DNA from: Flavobacteriales bacterium
Lineage (GTDB): Bacteria > Bacteroidota > Bacteroidia > Flavobacteriales_F > PHOS-HE28
Direction: 5' to 3'
DNA: 64,000 bases
NCBI GenBank assembly: GCA_016710015.1
Contig: JADJLR010000008.1
Span: 279,912 to 343,911 of the forward strand
Shown here: positions 50,636 through 60,021 of the stretch, piece after piece
Numbering within the stretch: the first letter of the stretch is position 1
Layout: each line of letters begins with the position of its first letter
Notes under the pieces: generated by a model
Database searches by the model: none
What the model was told of the DNA's origin: nothing
What the model saw: the letters and a program-made list of their open reading frames with translations, nothing else
Program-made: the position numbers and the translations under genes

Positions 50636-51658
50636 ATGAAGAAGACCTTGATCGGCATTCTGAAGGTCGTCGTTCCCCTGGGCTTGGGCATCTGGCTAGT
50701 GCTCTACTTCTACCGTCAACTGGACCCGACGCAACGTGCCGAGCTCTTCGATGCATTCGCCCGGGCCAACTGGTGGTGGCTGTTGATCAGCATCCTGTTC
50801 GGCTGGATGAGCCACATGAGCCGGGCATGGCGTTGGCGCTACCTGCTCGACAGTATGGGATACCGACCGGGATTTTGGAATTGCTACCACGCCACCATGA
50901 GCGGCTACTTCATGAACCTGTTGATCCAGCGGGCTGGGGAGGCAAGTCGAGCCGCACTTCTGTATCGCAGGGAAAAGGTCCCCTTCGTGAAAGGCTTCGG
51001 GTCCATCATGGCCGAACGTGCGGTGGACATGATCCTTTTGATCGGGCTGTTCGGGCTGACCATCTTGCTCCAGTTCGACAAGCTGGACCTGTTCCAAGAA
51101 CGCATTGCCGCATTCCGGGCGGACCAAGGGCCGGGCGAAGCAAGCGGATTCCCGTGGCTATGGGTGGTGCTGGGCCTGATCACCGTGGCCATCGGGGTCG
51201 GTGTGTACCTCATGCTTACCCGCCCTGCGATCCACGCCCGGGTGATGGAAACACTGAGGGGCCTTGGGGAAGGCATTCGTTCCGTTACCCGAACCCGACA
51301 TCCGGGTGGTTTCATCTTCCACACCTTCCTGATCTGGTTCCTGTACGTGCTCATGTTCGCCGTAGGCTTCTACTGTCTACCGGAAACGAGCACGGTTTCG
51401 TGGGCCGGTATCATGGCCGGTTTCGTGGCAGGTGCCATTGGCATCGTGCTGGTGCAGGGCGGTATCGGCGTGTACCCTGCATTCGTTGCACTGATCGTGA
51501 GCATCTACATGCCAGCTCCGGAAGGAGGTGGGTTACTGCGCCCGGAAGCATTGGCCATGGGTTGGCTGATCTGGGTGGCACAAACGGTGATGACCATCGT
51601 GCTCGGTGGCCTATCCCTACTTTTGATCTCCCGCACCCCGAAACCTTCGGAAACATGA
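50636..51658 (+). CDS. lysylphosphatidylglycerol synthase transmembrane-domain-like (UPF0104/flippase-like) membrane protein
   Basis: Eight or so TM helices, conserved WRWRYLL region. ATG at 50636. The longer upstream-extended ORF is probably non-coding. Confidence 0.55.
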   Translation: MKKTLIGILKVVVPLGLGIWLVLYFYRQLDPTQRAELFDAFARANWWWLLISILFGWMSHMSRAWRWRYLLDSMGYRPGFWNCYHATMSGYFMNLLIQRAGEASRAALLYRREKVPFVKGFGSIMAERAVDMILLIGLFGLTILLQFDKLDLFQERIAAFRADQGPGEASGFPWLWVVLGLITVAIGVGVYLMLTRPAIHARVMETLRGLGEGIRSVTRTRHPGGFIFHTFLIWFLYVLMFAVGFYCLPETSTVSWAGIMAGFVAGAIGIVLVQGGIGVYPAFVALIVSIYMPAPEGGGLLRPEALAMGWLIWVAQTVMTIVLGGLSLLLISRTPKPSET

Positions 51659-52161
51659 CCACGGAAGTCGCACAAGCCATTACGGACAAACGCATCTTGG
51701 ACCTCGTTCAGATCCAGCGTGCGGTGAACATCTGGCGCATGAAGGGCGACCGCATCGTCTTCACCAACGGTTGTTTCGACATCCTGCACCGTGGTCATGT
51801 GGAGTATTTGCAAGAAGCTGCAGCACTCGGCGACCGCCTCATCATCGGTGTGAACAGTGATGATAGTGTGCGACGATTGGACAAGGCCACCGACCGACCG
51901 TTCAACGATCAGGACAGTCGGGCCAAAGTGCTGGCCGGCCTGCGCTTGGTGGATGCCGTGGTGATCTTCGATCAAGACACGCCATTGGAATTGATCAAGG
52001 CGATAGGACCCGATGTGCTGGTGAAGGGCGGCGACTGGAAACCCGAGCAGATCGTAGGTGGTGACGTGGTGAAGGCCCGTGGTGGCGAAGTGCTCTCGCT
52101 GAAGTTGGTGGACGGCTTCAGCACCACCAAGCTGGTCGAGAAGATCCGCAATGGCGGCTAA
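51655..52161 (+). CDS. D-glycero-beta-D-manno-heptose 1-phosphate adenylyltransferase (RfaE domain II / HldE C-domain, cytidylyltransferase-like)
   Basis: IVFTNGCFDILHRGHVEYL nucleotidyltransferase (HxGH-like) motif. ATG overlaps the upstream stop (ATGA). Confidence 0.75.
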   Translation: MTTEVAQAITDKRILDLVQIQRAVNIWRMKGDRIVFTNGCFDILHRGHVEYLQEAAALGDRLIIGVNSDDSVRRLDKATDRPFNDQDSRAKVLAGLRLVDAVVIFDQDTPLELIKAIGPDVLVKGGDWKPEQIVGGDVVKARGGEVLSLKLVDGFSTTKLVEKIRNGG

Positions 52162-53533
52162 GGTCCATTCGAAGTTCGTTTGCCAAAATTGCGGCAGCAG
52201 CTACGCACAGTGGTTAGGCCAGTGCGGCCAATGCAAGTCGTGGAACTCGCTCGTGGAAGAGGTCGTGGACCGATCCGCAGAAAAGCGCGCTACCTCCCAA
52301 AGCGTTAAAAGCCGTAACCCGAAGCCCGTCGCGATCGATCAGATCCCCGCACAGGACGGACCGCGTATCGCCTTGAATGACCGGGAGCTTTCTCGCGTGC
52401 TCGGCGGCGGTCTTGTCCCCGGCAGCATCACGCTCTTAGGCGGTGAACCCGGTATCGGGAAGAGCACGCTTTTGCTGCAGACCGCATTGCGGAATCCGCA
52501 TCTGAAGACCTTGTATGTGAGCGGCGAAGAGAGTGAGCATCAAGTGAAGATGCGCGCCGAACGCCTTCAAGCCGACTTCAAGGGGAAAGGGAACGATGCG
52601 AATTGTTTCGTGCTCACGGAGACGAATACCCAGAACATCTTCAAGCACATTGAAGCGCTGCAACCCGGCCTTGTGGTGATCGACAGCGTGCAGACCTTGC
52701 ATACCGCTGTGCTCGATGCCAGCCCAGGGAGCGTAGGTCAAGTGCGCGAATGCACAGCCGAATTGATGCGCTTCGCGAAGACCACGAGCGTACCGATGGT
52801 GTTGATCGGACACATCACCAAGGATGGCTTCATCGCCGGACCGAAGGTGTTGGAGCATATGGTGGATTGCGTGCTACAGTTCGAAGGGGATCGTGACCAC
52901 GCGTACCGTTTGCTGCGCCCATTGAAGAACCGCTTCGGAAGCACCAACGAATTGGGGATCTACGAGATGCAAGGCAGTGGTCTCGCCGAAGTGGAGGACC
53001 CGAGCCAAGTGCTTTTAGGTCGTCGCGAAGAACGGCCCAGCGGTGTGGTCGTGGCGGCGACCATGGAAGGCATGCGCCCCTTGTTGATCGAAGTCCAAGC
53101 TCTTGTAAGCACCGCCGTCTACGGCACTCCACAACGGAGCTCCACCGGTTTCGATCTTCGCCGTTTGAACATGTTGCTCGCCGTAATGGAGAAGCGCTGC
53201 GGTTTTCGGCTCGGACAAAAGGATGTGTTCTTGAACCTCGCCGGTGGCTTCCGCGTGGAGGAACCCGCGATCGACCTGGCCGTGGTATGCGCGATCCTCA
53301 GCAGCAACGCCGACATCGCCGTGCCCATGGATGTGTGTTTCGCTGGTGAAGTGGGGTTGACCGGAGAGATCAGACCGGTGACCCGCACCGAACAACGCGT
53401 GGCGGAATCGGCCAAGCTCGGCTTCGCACGGATCTTCGTTCCAAGGGGAACCAAGGGCATCGGCCCTTCCAAAGGGATCGAAGTGGTGCAAGTAGGACGC
53501 GTGGATGAGGTGCTGTCGCACCTGTTCGGGTGA
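52151..53533 (+). CDS. radA: DNA repair protein RadA
   Basis: N-terminal CQNCGSS...CGQC zinc finger, Walker A GGEPGIGKST, KNRFG motif, Lon-like C-terminal domain. Confidence 0.9.
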   Translation: MAAKVHSKFVCQNCGSSYAQWLGQCGQCKSWNSLVEEVVDRSAEKRATSQSVKSRNPKPVAIDQIPAQDGPRIALNDRELSRVLGGGLVPGSITLLGGEPGIGKSTLLLQTALRNPHLKTLYVSGEESEHQVKMRAERLQADFKGKGNDANCFVLTETNTQNIFKHIEALQPGLVVIDSVQTLHTAVLDASPGSVGQVRECTAELMRFAKTTSVPMVLIGHITKDGFIAGPKVLEHMVDCVLQFEGDRDHAYRLLRPLKNRFGSTNELGIYEMQGSGLAEVEDPSQVLLGRREERPSGVVVAATMEGMRPLLIEVQALVSTAVYGTPQRSSTGFDLRRLNMLLAVMEKRCGFRLGQKDVFLNLAGGFRVEEPAIDLAVVCAILSSNADIAVPMDVCFAGEVGLTGEIRPVTRTEQRVAESAKLGFARIFVPRGTKGIGPSKGIEVVQVGRVDEVLSHLFG

Positions 53534-53538
53534 ACCGA

Positions 53539-54711
53539 TCAGCGCTTTACGATCGCTGCGGCCGCCCAATGTCCTGTGCTGAACGCTCCTTGCAACAAGA
53601 ACCCGCCGGTGGGTGCGTCCCAGTCCAGCATTTCACCTGCAACGAAAAGGTGTGGGTGCATGATCAATGAAAGGTTCGGTGAAACTTGATCCAAAGCGAT
53701 GCCACCCACGGTGCTGATAGCTTCGGCGATAGGCCGTAGACCGGTCACTGGGATCTGGACGCGCTTGACATCCTCTGCCATTGTTCGCCCATCCACGTAG
53801 CGCTCGAATGGTGTGAAGGTCTTGAGCAATGTGACGGACGGACGGTCCAATCGCAGGGCTGACATGCGCTCCTTCCATGCGGCATCCTTCAACTTGTCGT
53901 CGATCTGCTCTGCGGTAAGATCCGGCTTCAGGTCGAGGGTGATCTCTGCTGCTCCCGCTTCCAAGGCTTCGCGAATTGCAGGAACCAACGGATAGATCGC
54001 GTTGCCCTCCAAGCCATACTCGGTGATCGTGACTTCTCCACGGACGGACCGTTCGCCACAACTCACCGCGACGTTCTTCAGCGGTTTCCCGGCGTGTACG
54101 CGGATCGCATCGGACAGGTCCACTTCCACCCCGCAGTTGCTGGCTCGGAACGGGACCGTGCGCACACCGATGCTCTCGAAGTGCTTGGTCCATGTGCCGG
54201 TGGATCCGGTTTTGGGCCACGATGCTCCACCCAATGCGAAGACCACGATCTTGGCTTCGATCACGGCGCGCGTCCCGGCATGCTCCACGAGCGGTCGCAC
54301 TTCGTCATCAAAACCAACGAAGCGATGGTCCGTGTGGACGAACACCCCATTGTCGTTCACACGTTCCATGATCGCCTTCAAGACCTCGGCAGGCTTGATA
54401 CCGCGTTCCGGGAATACACGACCGCTGCTTCCGACATAGGGGGGTACGCCCAAGCCCTCCAGCCAAGCGCGCAATTCCGCCGGGCCGAATGCCTCTAGTA
54501 TCTCACGCATGCGATCCGGCGGTGAATAGTGCGCGATCAATTCTTCGCCTGCCGCACTGTTGGTGATGTTCAAACCACCCTCACCCGCCACCAAGAACTT
54601 GCGTCCCAATGTCCTGCCCTGCTCGTACACGTGTACCTCGTGCGTTGCTGCCAAACGATCAGCGGCGATCAAACCCGCCGGACCGCCACCGATGATCGCG
54701 ACGCTATTCAT
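53539..54711 (-). CDS. NAD(P)/FAD-binding flavoprotein, HI0933/BaiN-like family
   Basis: N-terminal dinucleotide-binding motif VAIIGGGPAGLIAA. Overall HI0933-like pattern. Confidence 0.7.
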   Translation of the reverse strand: MNSVAIIGGGPAGLIAADRLAATHEVHVYEQGRTLGRKFLVAGEGGLNITNSAAGEELIAHYSPPDRMREILEAFGPAELRAWLEGLGVPPYVGSSGRVFPERGIKPAEVLKAIMERVNDNGVFVHTDHRFVGFDDEVRPLVEHAGTRAVIEAKIVVFALGGASWPKTGSTGTWTKHFESIGVRTVPFRASNCGVEVDLSDAIRVHAGKPLKNVAVSCGERSVRGEVTITEYGLEGNAIYPLVPAIREALEAGAAEITLDLKPDLTAEQIDDKLKDAAWKERMSALRLDRPSVTLLKTFTPFERYVDGRTMAEDVKRVQIPVTGLRPIAEAISTVGGIALDQVSPNLSLIMHPHLFVAGEMLDWDAPTGGFLLQGAFSTGHWAAAAIVKR

Positions 54712-55810
54712 ATGACTTGGCAATGTTGCGAAAGATCGAAGACCACCCCACGCCACCGTACTTCGTCCCCAATCGGACGATCACCAGTTCACGAGCGGGA
54801 TCCACGTACACGAATTGGCCGAGGATCCCCTGCGCCATGAAATCGCCATGGGGTGAAGGCAGCCACCACTGGTATTGGTAACGCGCGGAACTACCGTTGG
54901 AGGTGTCCACGCGCGTGCTGCGGTCCACCCATTCGGCGGGCACAAGCTGTGTGCCTTGCCAGTTGCCTTCGTGCAAGTACAAGGAGCCCAGCTTCGCGAA
55001 ATCACGTGCCGGTGCGTTGATGCAACAGAAGGTCTTCTCGATACCGCCTTCCTTGCGATCGATGCTCCATGATGATGGATACTCCATTCCCAGGGGTGTC
55101 CACAACTTGTCTTGGCAATACGCAGTGATGGTGCGTTGATCACCATTGGCTCGCAAGGCGCGTTCCAGGATCAGACCAAGCAATTGACTGTTGCCACTGA
55201 CGTATTCGAATTTCGTGCCCGGCACTCGCTTCAGCTTCATGCGCCCCATGTTCTTGTACAGCCTTCTACCGTAGTAGTATTTGGCCGCGCTGCCGAAGGG
55301 GTTCACGTAGCTCTCGTTGAAATCGAGACCGCTGGTCATTTGCAGTACGTGTTCCACCGTAACGGCATCGAAACCGTTCTTCTTCAGTTCCGGCACGAAG
55401 TCGGTGACCGGCCGATCAACATCAGCGATGTAGCCGTCAGCGATGGCGCAACCGATGAGCATGCTCATCACCGATTTCGCCATGGAGAAGGAGGTGTGTA
55501 CATGGGCCGGGTCGTAGCTGTTGAAGTAGCGCTCGTACTTCAGCGTGTCCCGATGGATGATGAGGAAGGCGACCGTTTTGTGGTCCTCCAGAAAGTCGTC
55601 GAAGGCTTGCTCCTTGCCGTCGTAGGTGATCGTACGCGGACCTTTCTCCTCCGCAGCGATCGTGTAGTGGTAGGGTTCCGCAGAAGCCTCCAATGGCCGC
55701 GAAGGGAACTTCTTGTGATCGCGGGTATCGGCGAAATTGTACACGATGAAGCGACCGACCGTACACCCTGTGGCAGATACCAGGAACAGCAGGAGAAGTA
55801 CGCAGCGCAT
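54704..55810 (-). CDS. serine hydrolase (beta-lactamase/transpeptidase-like fold)
   Basis: S-x-x-K motif (FSMAKS). Signal peptide with lipobox (VSATGCT). Confidence 0.7.
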   Translation of the reverse strand: MRCVLLLLFLVSATGCTVGRFIVYNFADTRDHKKFPSRPLEASAEPYHYTIAAEEKGPRTITYDGKEQAFDDFLEDHKTVAFLIIHRDTLKYERYFNSYDPAHVHTSFSMAKSVMSMLIGCAIADGYIADVDRPVTDFVPELKKNGFDAVTVEHVLQMTSGLDFNESYVNPFGSAAKYYYGRRLYKNMGRMKLKRVPGTKFEYVSGNSQLLGLILERALRANGDQRTITAYCQDKLWTPLGMEYPSSWSIDRKEGGIEKTFCCINAPARDFAKLGSLYLHEGNWQGTQLVPAEWVDRSTRVDTSNGSSARYQYQWWLPSPHGDFMAQGILGQFVYVDPARELVIVRLGTKYGGVGWSSIFRNIAKSYE

Positions 55811-55914
55811 CGGGGAGTATCGAGATATTCGACCAGTGGATGGAACCGCACCGGGCAGGCGAAAGGTTGTTAAATGTTCTGAGATCCAGGCCATCCGCGT
55901 ACAACTCCAAAGGT

Positions 55915-56355
55915 ATGCATGCATACTTTCTTACCTTCGCGCCCATGCATTCCCATGAATTGATCGATACCCGGTCAGCCACTCTGGAACGAGTTTCCAG
56001 CGAACTGATCGAGTTGCGTTTCAAGCCGGATGTGAAGTTGGACGTGGAGGGTGTCAGCGAGATCGCAAACGCGAAGAAGGTCCTGTGTTCAGGCAAAAGG
56101 ACGGACATATTGGCCATACTGCCCCCCGAAATGGATTTCGAATTGAATGTGCTGGCCTTTGAACTTCCGCAGAAGGACGGCGGTTGCGGCGAAGACCATC
56201 GCATGGCATTCGCTACGCAGAGCTCATTCAACGAGCGGATCACGAGCATCTATCTCCGCTACCACCCGCGCCCCTACCCGACGGCCGTATTCGTAAGCGA
56301 AGAGGATGCCAGGACCTGGTTGGCCACCGAGCTACCCGTTCCTTCCGCTTCCTGA
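55915..56355 (+). CDS. hypothetical protein; paralogue of 18465..18905
   Basis: C-terminal AVFVSEEDARTWL shared motif. 146 aa from the ATG at 55915. Confidence 0.4.
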   Translation: MHAYFLTFAPMHSHELIDTRSATLERVSSELIELRFKPDVKLDVEGVSEIANAKKVLCSGKRTDILAILPPEMDFELNVLAFELPQKDGGCGEDHRMAFATQSSFNERITSIYLRYHPRPYPTAVFVSEEDARTWLATELPVPSAS

Positions 56356-56358
56356 CCC

Positions 56359-57330
56359 TTACTCCTTCACCAAGTTGTAAAGCTCCTTCAGGTCGGGGAT
56401 CAGCACCACCTCGATCCGACGGTTCTTCGCCTTGTCGTTCGGATCGACCGGTACGAACTCACCACGACCCGCTGCGGTAATGCGCACGGGATCCACCTTG
56501 CTGCTCTCTTGCATGATCCGCACGACACTAGTGGCCCGTGCAACACTGAGGTCCCAGTTATCCTTGTATGAACTTCCCGCGCCGATCTTGTCCGTATCGG
56601 TGTGGCCTTCCACGAGGATGCTGAGTTCTTTTTCATTCTCAATGGCCTTGGAGAGCTTACCGATGGCCTCACGTCCTTTGGTATCCACCGCTGCGCTGCC
56701 ACTGGGGAAGAGCAGCTTGTTGTCCATACTCACGTAGATGCGGCCGTTGCGCTGCTCTACCGTGAGGCCCTTGCCCTCGAAACCCGATAGGGCCGCACTC
56801 ACCCGGTCCTTCAAGCTCTTCATGGCCGCATCCTTGGCGGCGATCTCCTTCTGGAGTTCAGCCAACTTTGCCTCACGATCCGCGAGGGCTGCTTGTTTCT
56901 CAGCCATGGTCCGGGCCAAGGCATCGAGTGAATCCTCCTTGTTCATCAGTTCCAACCGAAGCGTTTCCACGTTGGTCAGGAGTTTCCGATTCTCGCTCTG
57001 ATTGCCCGAGAGCAACGCGTTGTACTTGTCCAGCAATTCGTTGTTCAAGGTGTTGATCTTGTCGTACTGCTTGGTCATTTGCCGCAGCGAGGTACCCAGG
57101 ACGGTCGTATCGCGCTCCAGTTCGCCATTGCGTTTGGTGAATTCCGCCAATTTCGCATCGGTCTCGGCCAACGCCGTCTGGGATTCGAGTGCTTTCTGGT
57201 TGGATGCTTCCATTTCGGCCTGCATCGCCTTGGCCCGCTGATCGGCCTCTTTGTACTTCCGTTCTGGAACGCATGCTACGAAGAGCATGGAGCAAAGGAG
57301 CAATGTGGTGGTCGGCGAGTACTTCAACAT
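56359..57330 (-). CDS. OmpA family lipoprotein with long coiled-coil region
   Basis: Lipobox (LFVACV). Heptad-rich middle. C-terminal OmpA-like domain (...ILVEGHTDTDKIG...NRRIEVVL). Confidence 0.75.
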   Translation of the reverse strand: MLKYSPTTTLLLCSMLFVACVPERKYKEADQRAKAMQAEMEASNQKALESQTALAETDAKLAEFTKRNGELERDTTVLGTSLRQMTKQYDKINTLNNELLDKYNALLSGNQSENRKLLTNVETLRLELMNKEDSLDALARTMAEKQAALADREAKLAELQKEIAAKDAAMKSLKDRVSAALSGFEGKGLTVEQRNGRIYVSMDNKLLFPSGSAAVDTKGREAIGKLSKAIENEKELSILVEGHTDTDKIGAGSSYKDNWDLSVARATSVVRIMQESSKVDPVRITAAGRGEFVPVDPNDKAKNRRIEVVLIPDLKELYNLVKE

Positions 57331-57379
57331 GGTGGACAGTATTGACAATTGGACCGTCAAAGGTGCTTTTCGTCACCGT

Positions 57380-58159
57380 ATGGAACTTGGTTCCGCAACA
57401 TTATTTTTGAACAAGTCGTTCCAACCCTACCACATGGTGATCGATATCAATACCGGCATACCCCAAGGATGGGCATACGCACCTTCGATCGATCTCGAAT
57501 TGAAGCAGTATACCTTGCTCGGGTACCTGCAACGCATTCAAGGTCGGTTCGACGAGTACAAGCTGTATCCGCATTTGGAGCACATCCAGGCGCAGGTGGC
57601 GGAGTTGCGGCAATTGCGGAACGACAAGCGAGCCTGGGCCGATCGTCTTCACGGTGAGTTGACCGGCTTCGACCCGAGTACCGGAGCCCTCATTCATGAG
57701 CGCCCACTTCAGGGAGAACTACTTCGCGTGATCGACGAGGTGATCGCTTTCGCCGTACCCGGACTTTCCCGAATGGAAAGCCAGGGCATCGGTTTGCGCG
57801 AAGAGCTGGTTCAACACATGTCCCTCGCTCCCGTTGGCATACAACCCTTGCACCTTGCAGAAGGTTGGCTCTTGATGCGGACCGGCGATGAGGCCCGCGT
57901 GTATGGCTACTCCATTCCCTTCTTGCGCGAACGGAACGAGGATCTGCGCCACCACAACATCGTTACGCGCTATGTGACTTCGCACTCCCTTGGCTTGGGC
58001 ACCACGTTCGAACGGATCAAAGCAGACCTGATCCAGCAGTACCCTCAATGGCCCAACCCGGCCACCTTCGCAGTGGAAACCGATCTGGAACTGCCTTACA
58101 TCGAGACCTATGTTCCGTTGGCGAAGTGGTTGGCCTTTGCACACATCACTGCGGCGTAA
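57380..58159 (+). CDS. hypothetical protein
   Basis: Open frame with no recognised motif. The longer ORF-track start (57251) or the ATG at 57329 would overlap the divergent OmpA start, so a later start is assumed. Confidence 0.35.
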   Translation: MELGSATLFLNKSFQPYHMVIDINTGIPQGWAYAPSIDLELKQYTLLGYLQRIQGRFDEYKLYPHLEHIQAQVAELRQLRNDKRAWADRLHGELTGFDPSTGALIHERPLQGELLRVIDEVIAFAVPGLSRMESQGIGLREELVQHMSLAPVGIQPLHLAEGWLLMRTGDEARVYGYSIPFLRERNEDLRHHNIVTRYVTSHSLGLGTTFERIKADLIQQYPQWPNPATFAVETDLELPYIETYVPLAKWLAFAHITAA

Positions 58160-58227
58160 AGCGTCTTCGGAAAGGGGTTGCTATCGATCACCTTCGGCCT
58201 TCAGCGACCAAGGTCGAACACCAAGCA

Positions 58228-59922
58228 TTATGGCCTCAGCGCCGGGTCGAACCAAACACGGCGCAGATCACGGTACTCCATACCATTGATCGGCATATCC
58301 CGAACCCACGGCTGCAACAGGCGCACGGACCGCTCGTGGTACAGGGGTGCTACCACGGCATCCTGCATCAGTTGCGCTTCCGCGCCCGCCAGCAATTGCA
58401 TGCGAGCGTCTCGGTCATCGGTGCGCAGGGCCTGCGAGAACAGTGAGTCGAACTGGACATTCTGGTATCGCGTACTGTTGAGGTACGAGGGGGCCGCAGT
58501 GTCCATCGGAACGCTCTTACCATAGAACAAGGACAAGAAGTTCTCCGGATCCGGATGGTCCGCTACCCAACCTTCACGCCAGAACTGGGCATGGCCCATT
58601 TCCACCCGCCGGTAGTGCTGGTTGGCCGGTACCACCGTTGTGATCACACGAACGCCGAGGTTCTTCTCCAACATGGATTGCACCACTCCAGCGACCTTCA
58701 CGTAACCGAAACCGTCGCTGTTCACTTGAAGGTGAACGGCGGGCAGATCCGCACCATTCGGATAGCCCGCTTCCGCCAATAGCGCCTTGGCGGCGACCGG
58801 ATCGTATACGGCCTTTGGTATCCTCGTATACGGGTACGCCTCGAAGCCCGGTGCCACCACACCACGGTCCGCCGGGACGGCCAAACCGTTGAGCACGCTA
58901 TCCACGATGAGCTGCCGATCGATGGCCATGGAGAAGGCCTTCCGCACACGCACATCCGTGAAAGGTGCTTTGCGCATGTTGAAGCCATAGAACTGCACGG
59001 TCAAACCAGCTACGGTCTGCACTTGGAACTCCGAGGCGGACTTCAAGATCCCCGTGCGCTCCACCGGCAACTCGTACACGGCGCTCAGATGCCCTTTCTC
59101 AAAGGCCTCCAACTCCTTCATCTTGTCCTTCACGAAGGTGTACCGAATGCCGTCCAGAAAGGGCAACGCATTGCCCTCCTCATCCTTCCCCCAGTAATTG
59201 GCGTTGCGTTCCAAGATGATGGACTCCCCAGGAACATGGCGTTTCAGCTTGAACGGGCCGGTACCCACAGGGTGCATCACCGCGACTTCTCCATGGTGCT
59301 GGAGCAGTTCCATGGGAAAGATCCAACACCCTTGGTGGGCCAACACTTGCAAGAAACTGGGCCACGGGTTGGTAAGCGTGATGCGAATGGTGGATCGATC
59401 CACGACCTCCAATCCCTTGACCCCAGGACCAGCCTCTCCTTTGGTCGTGGCCGCATATTGGGCATTCGCACCCAGCACCTTATCCTGGAACAACCAGAAC
59501 ATCTGGTTCATGGGCTGATAGGTACATAACGCGGTGAAGCAGTCCACCACATCCTTAGCGGTCAGTTCACGGCCTATCCCGTCGGCGAAACAGGTGTCAT
59601 CATGGAAACGAACGCCCTGATGAAGCGCGAAGGTGTACACGGTTCCAGAGGCATCCACGGTCCACGAATCGGCCAAGCACGGTCGCACCGTCAGGTCCTC
59701 CTGATCCAAACGGACCAAGCCTTCATACACCTGTGCGCCGATTCGGTGCGATGCGGCCTGGGTGAGGCTGAGGGGGAAAAGACTAGGCAGGTCCTCCACC
59801 TCGTTGGCATTGAAGATCCCACCGTAGTGCTTACCACCCGCGCCTTCACGGTTGCGCACAGAGGCTGGCTCAGAACAACTGAACAGCACCAGTACGATGA
59901 ATAGATGAGCGAGAAACCGCAT
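58228..59922 (-). CDS. ABC transporter substrate-binding protein, family 5 (oligopeptide/dipeptide type)
   Basis: Signal peptide/lipobox (LVLFSCS). Full-length SBP_bac_5-like pattern. Confidence 0.8.
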   Translation of the reverse strand: MRFLAHLFIVLVLFSCSEPASVRNREGAGGKHYGGIFNANEVEDLPSLFPLSLTQAASHRIGAQVYEGLVRLDQEDLTVRPCLADSWTVDASGTVYTFALHQGVRFHDDTCFADGIGRELTAKDVVDCFTALCTYQPMNQMFWLFQDKVLGANAQYAATTKGEAGPGVKGLEVVDRSTIRITLTNPWPSFLQVLAHQGCWIFPMELLQHHGEVAVMHPVGTGPFKLKRHVPGESIILERNANYWGKDEEGNALPFLDGIRYTFVKDKMKELEAFEKGHLSAVYELPVERTGILKSASEFQVQTVAGLTVQFYGFNMRKAPFTDVRVRKAFSMAIDRQLIVDSVLNGLAVPADRGVVAPGFEAYPYTRIPKAVYDPVAAKALLAEAGYPNGADLPAVHLQVNSDGFGYVKVAGVVQSMLEKNLGVRVITTVVPANQHYRRVEMGHAQFWREGWVADHPDPENFLSLFYGKSVPMDTAAPSYLNSTRYQNVQFDSLFSQALRTDDRDARMQLLAGAEAQLMQDAVVAPLYHERSVRLLQPWVRDMPINGMEYRDLRRVWFDPALRP

Positions 59923-60021
59923 GGTACGAATGGCCCCGATGGGAACCGGCCAAATGTACCCGCACCTTCCAAAGTGTCCGGATGTCCTCCCGAATGGCCA
60001 TCAACAACATGATGGTGATAG

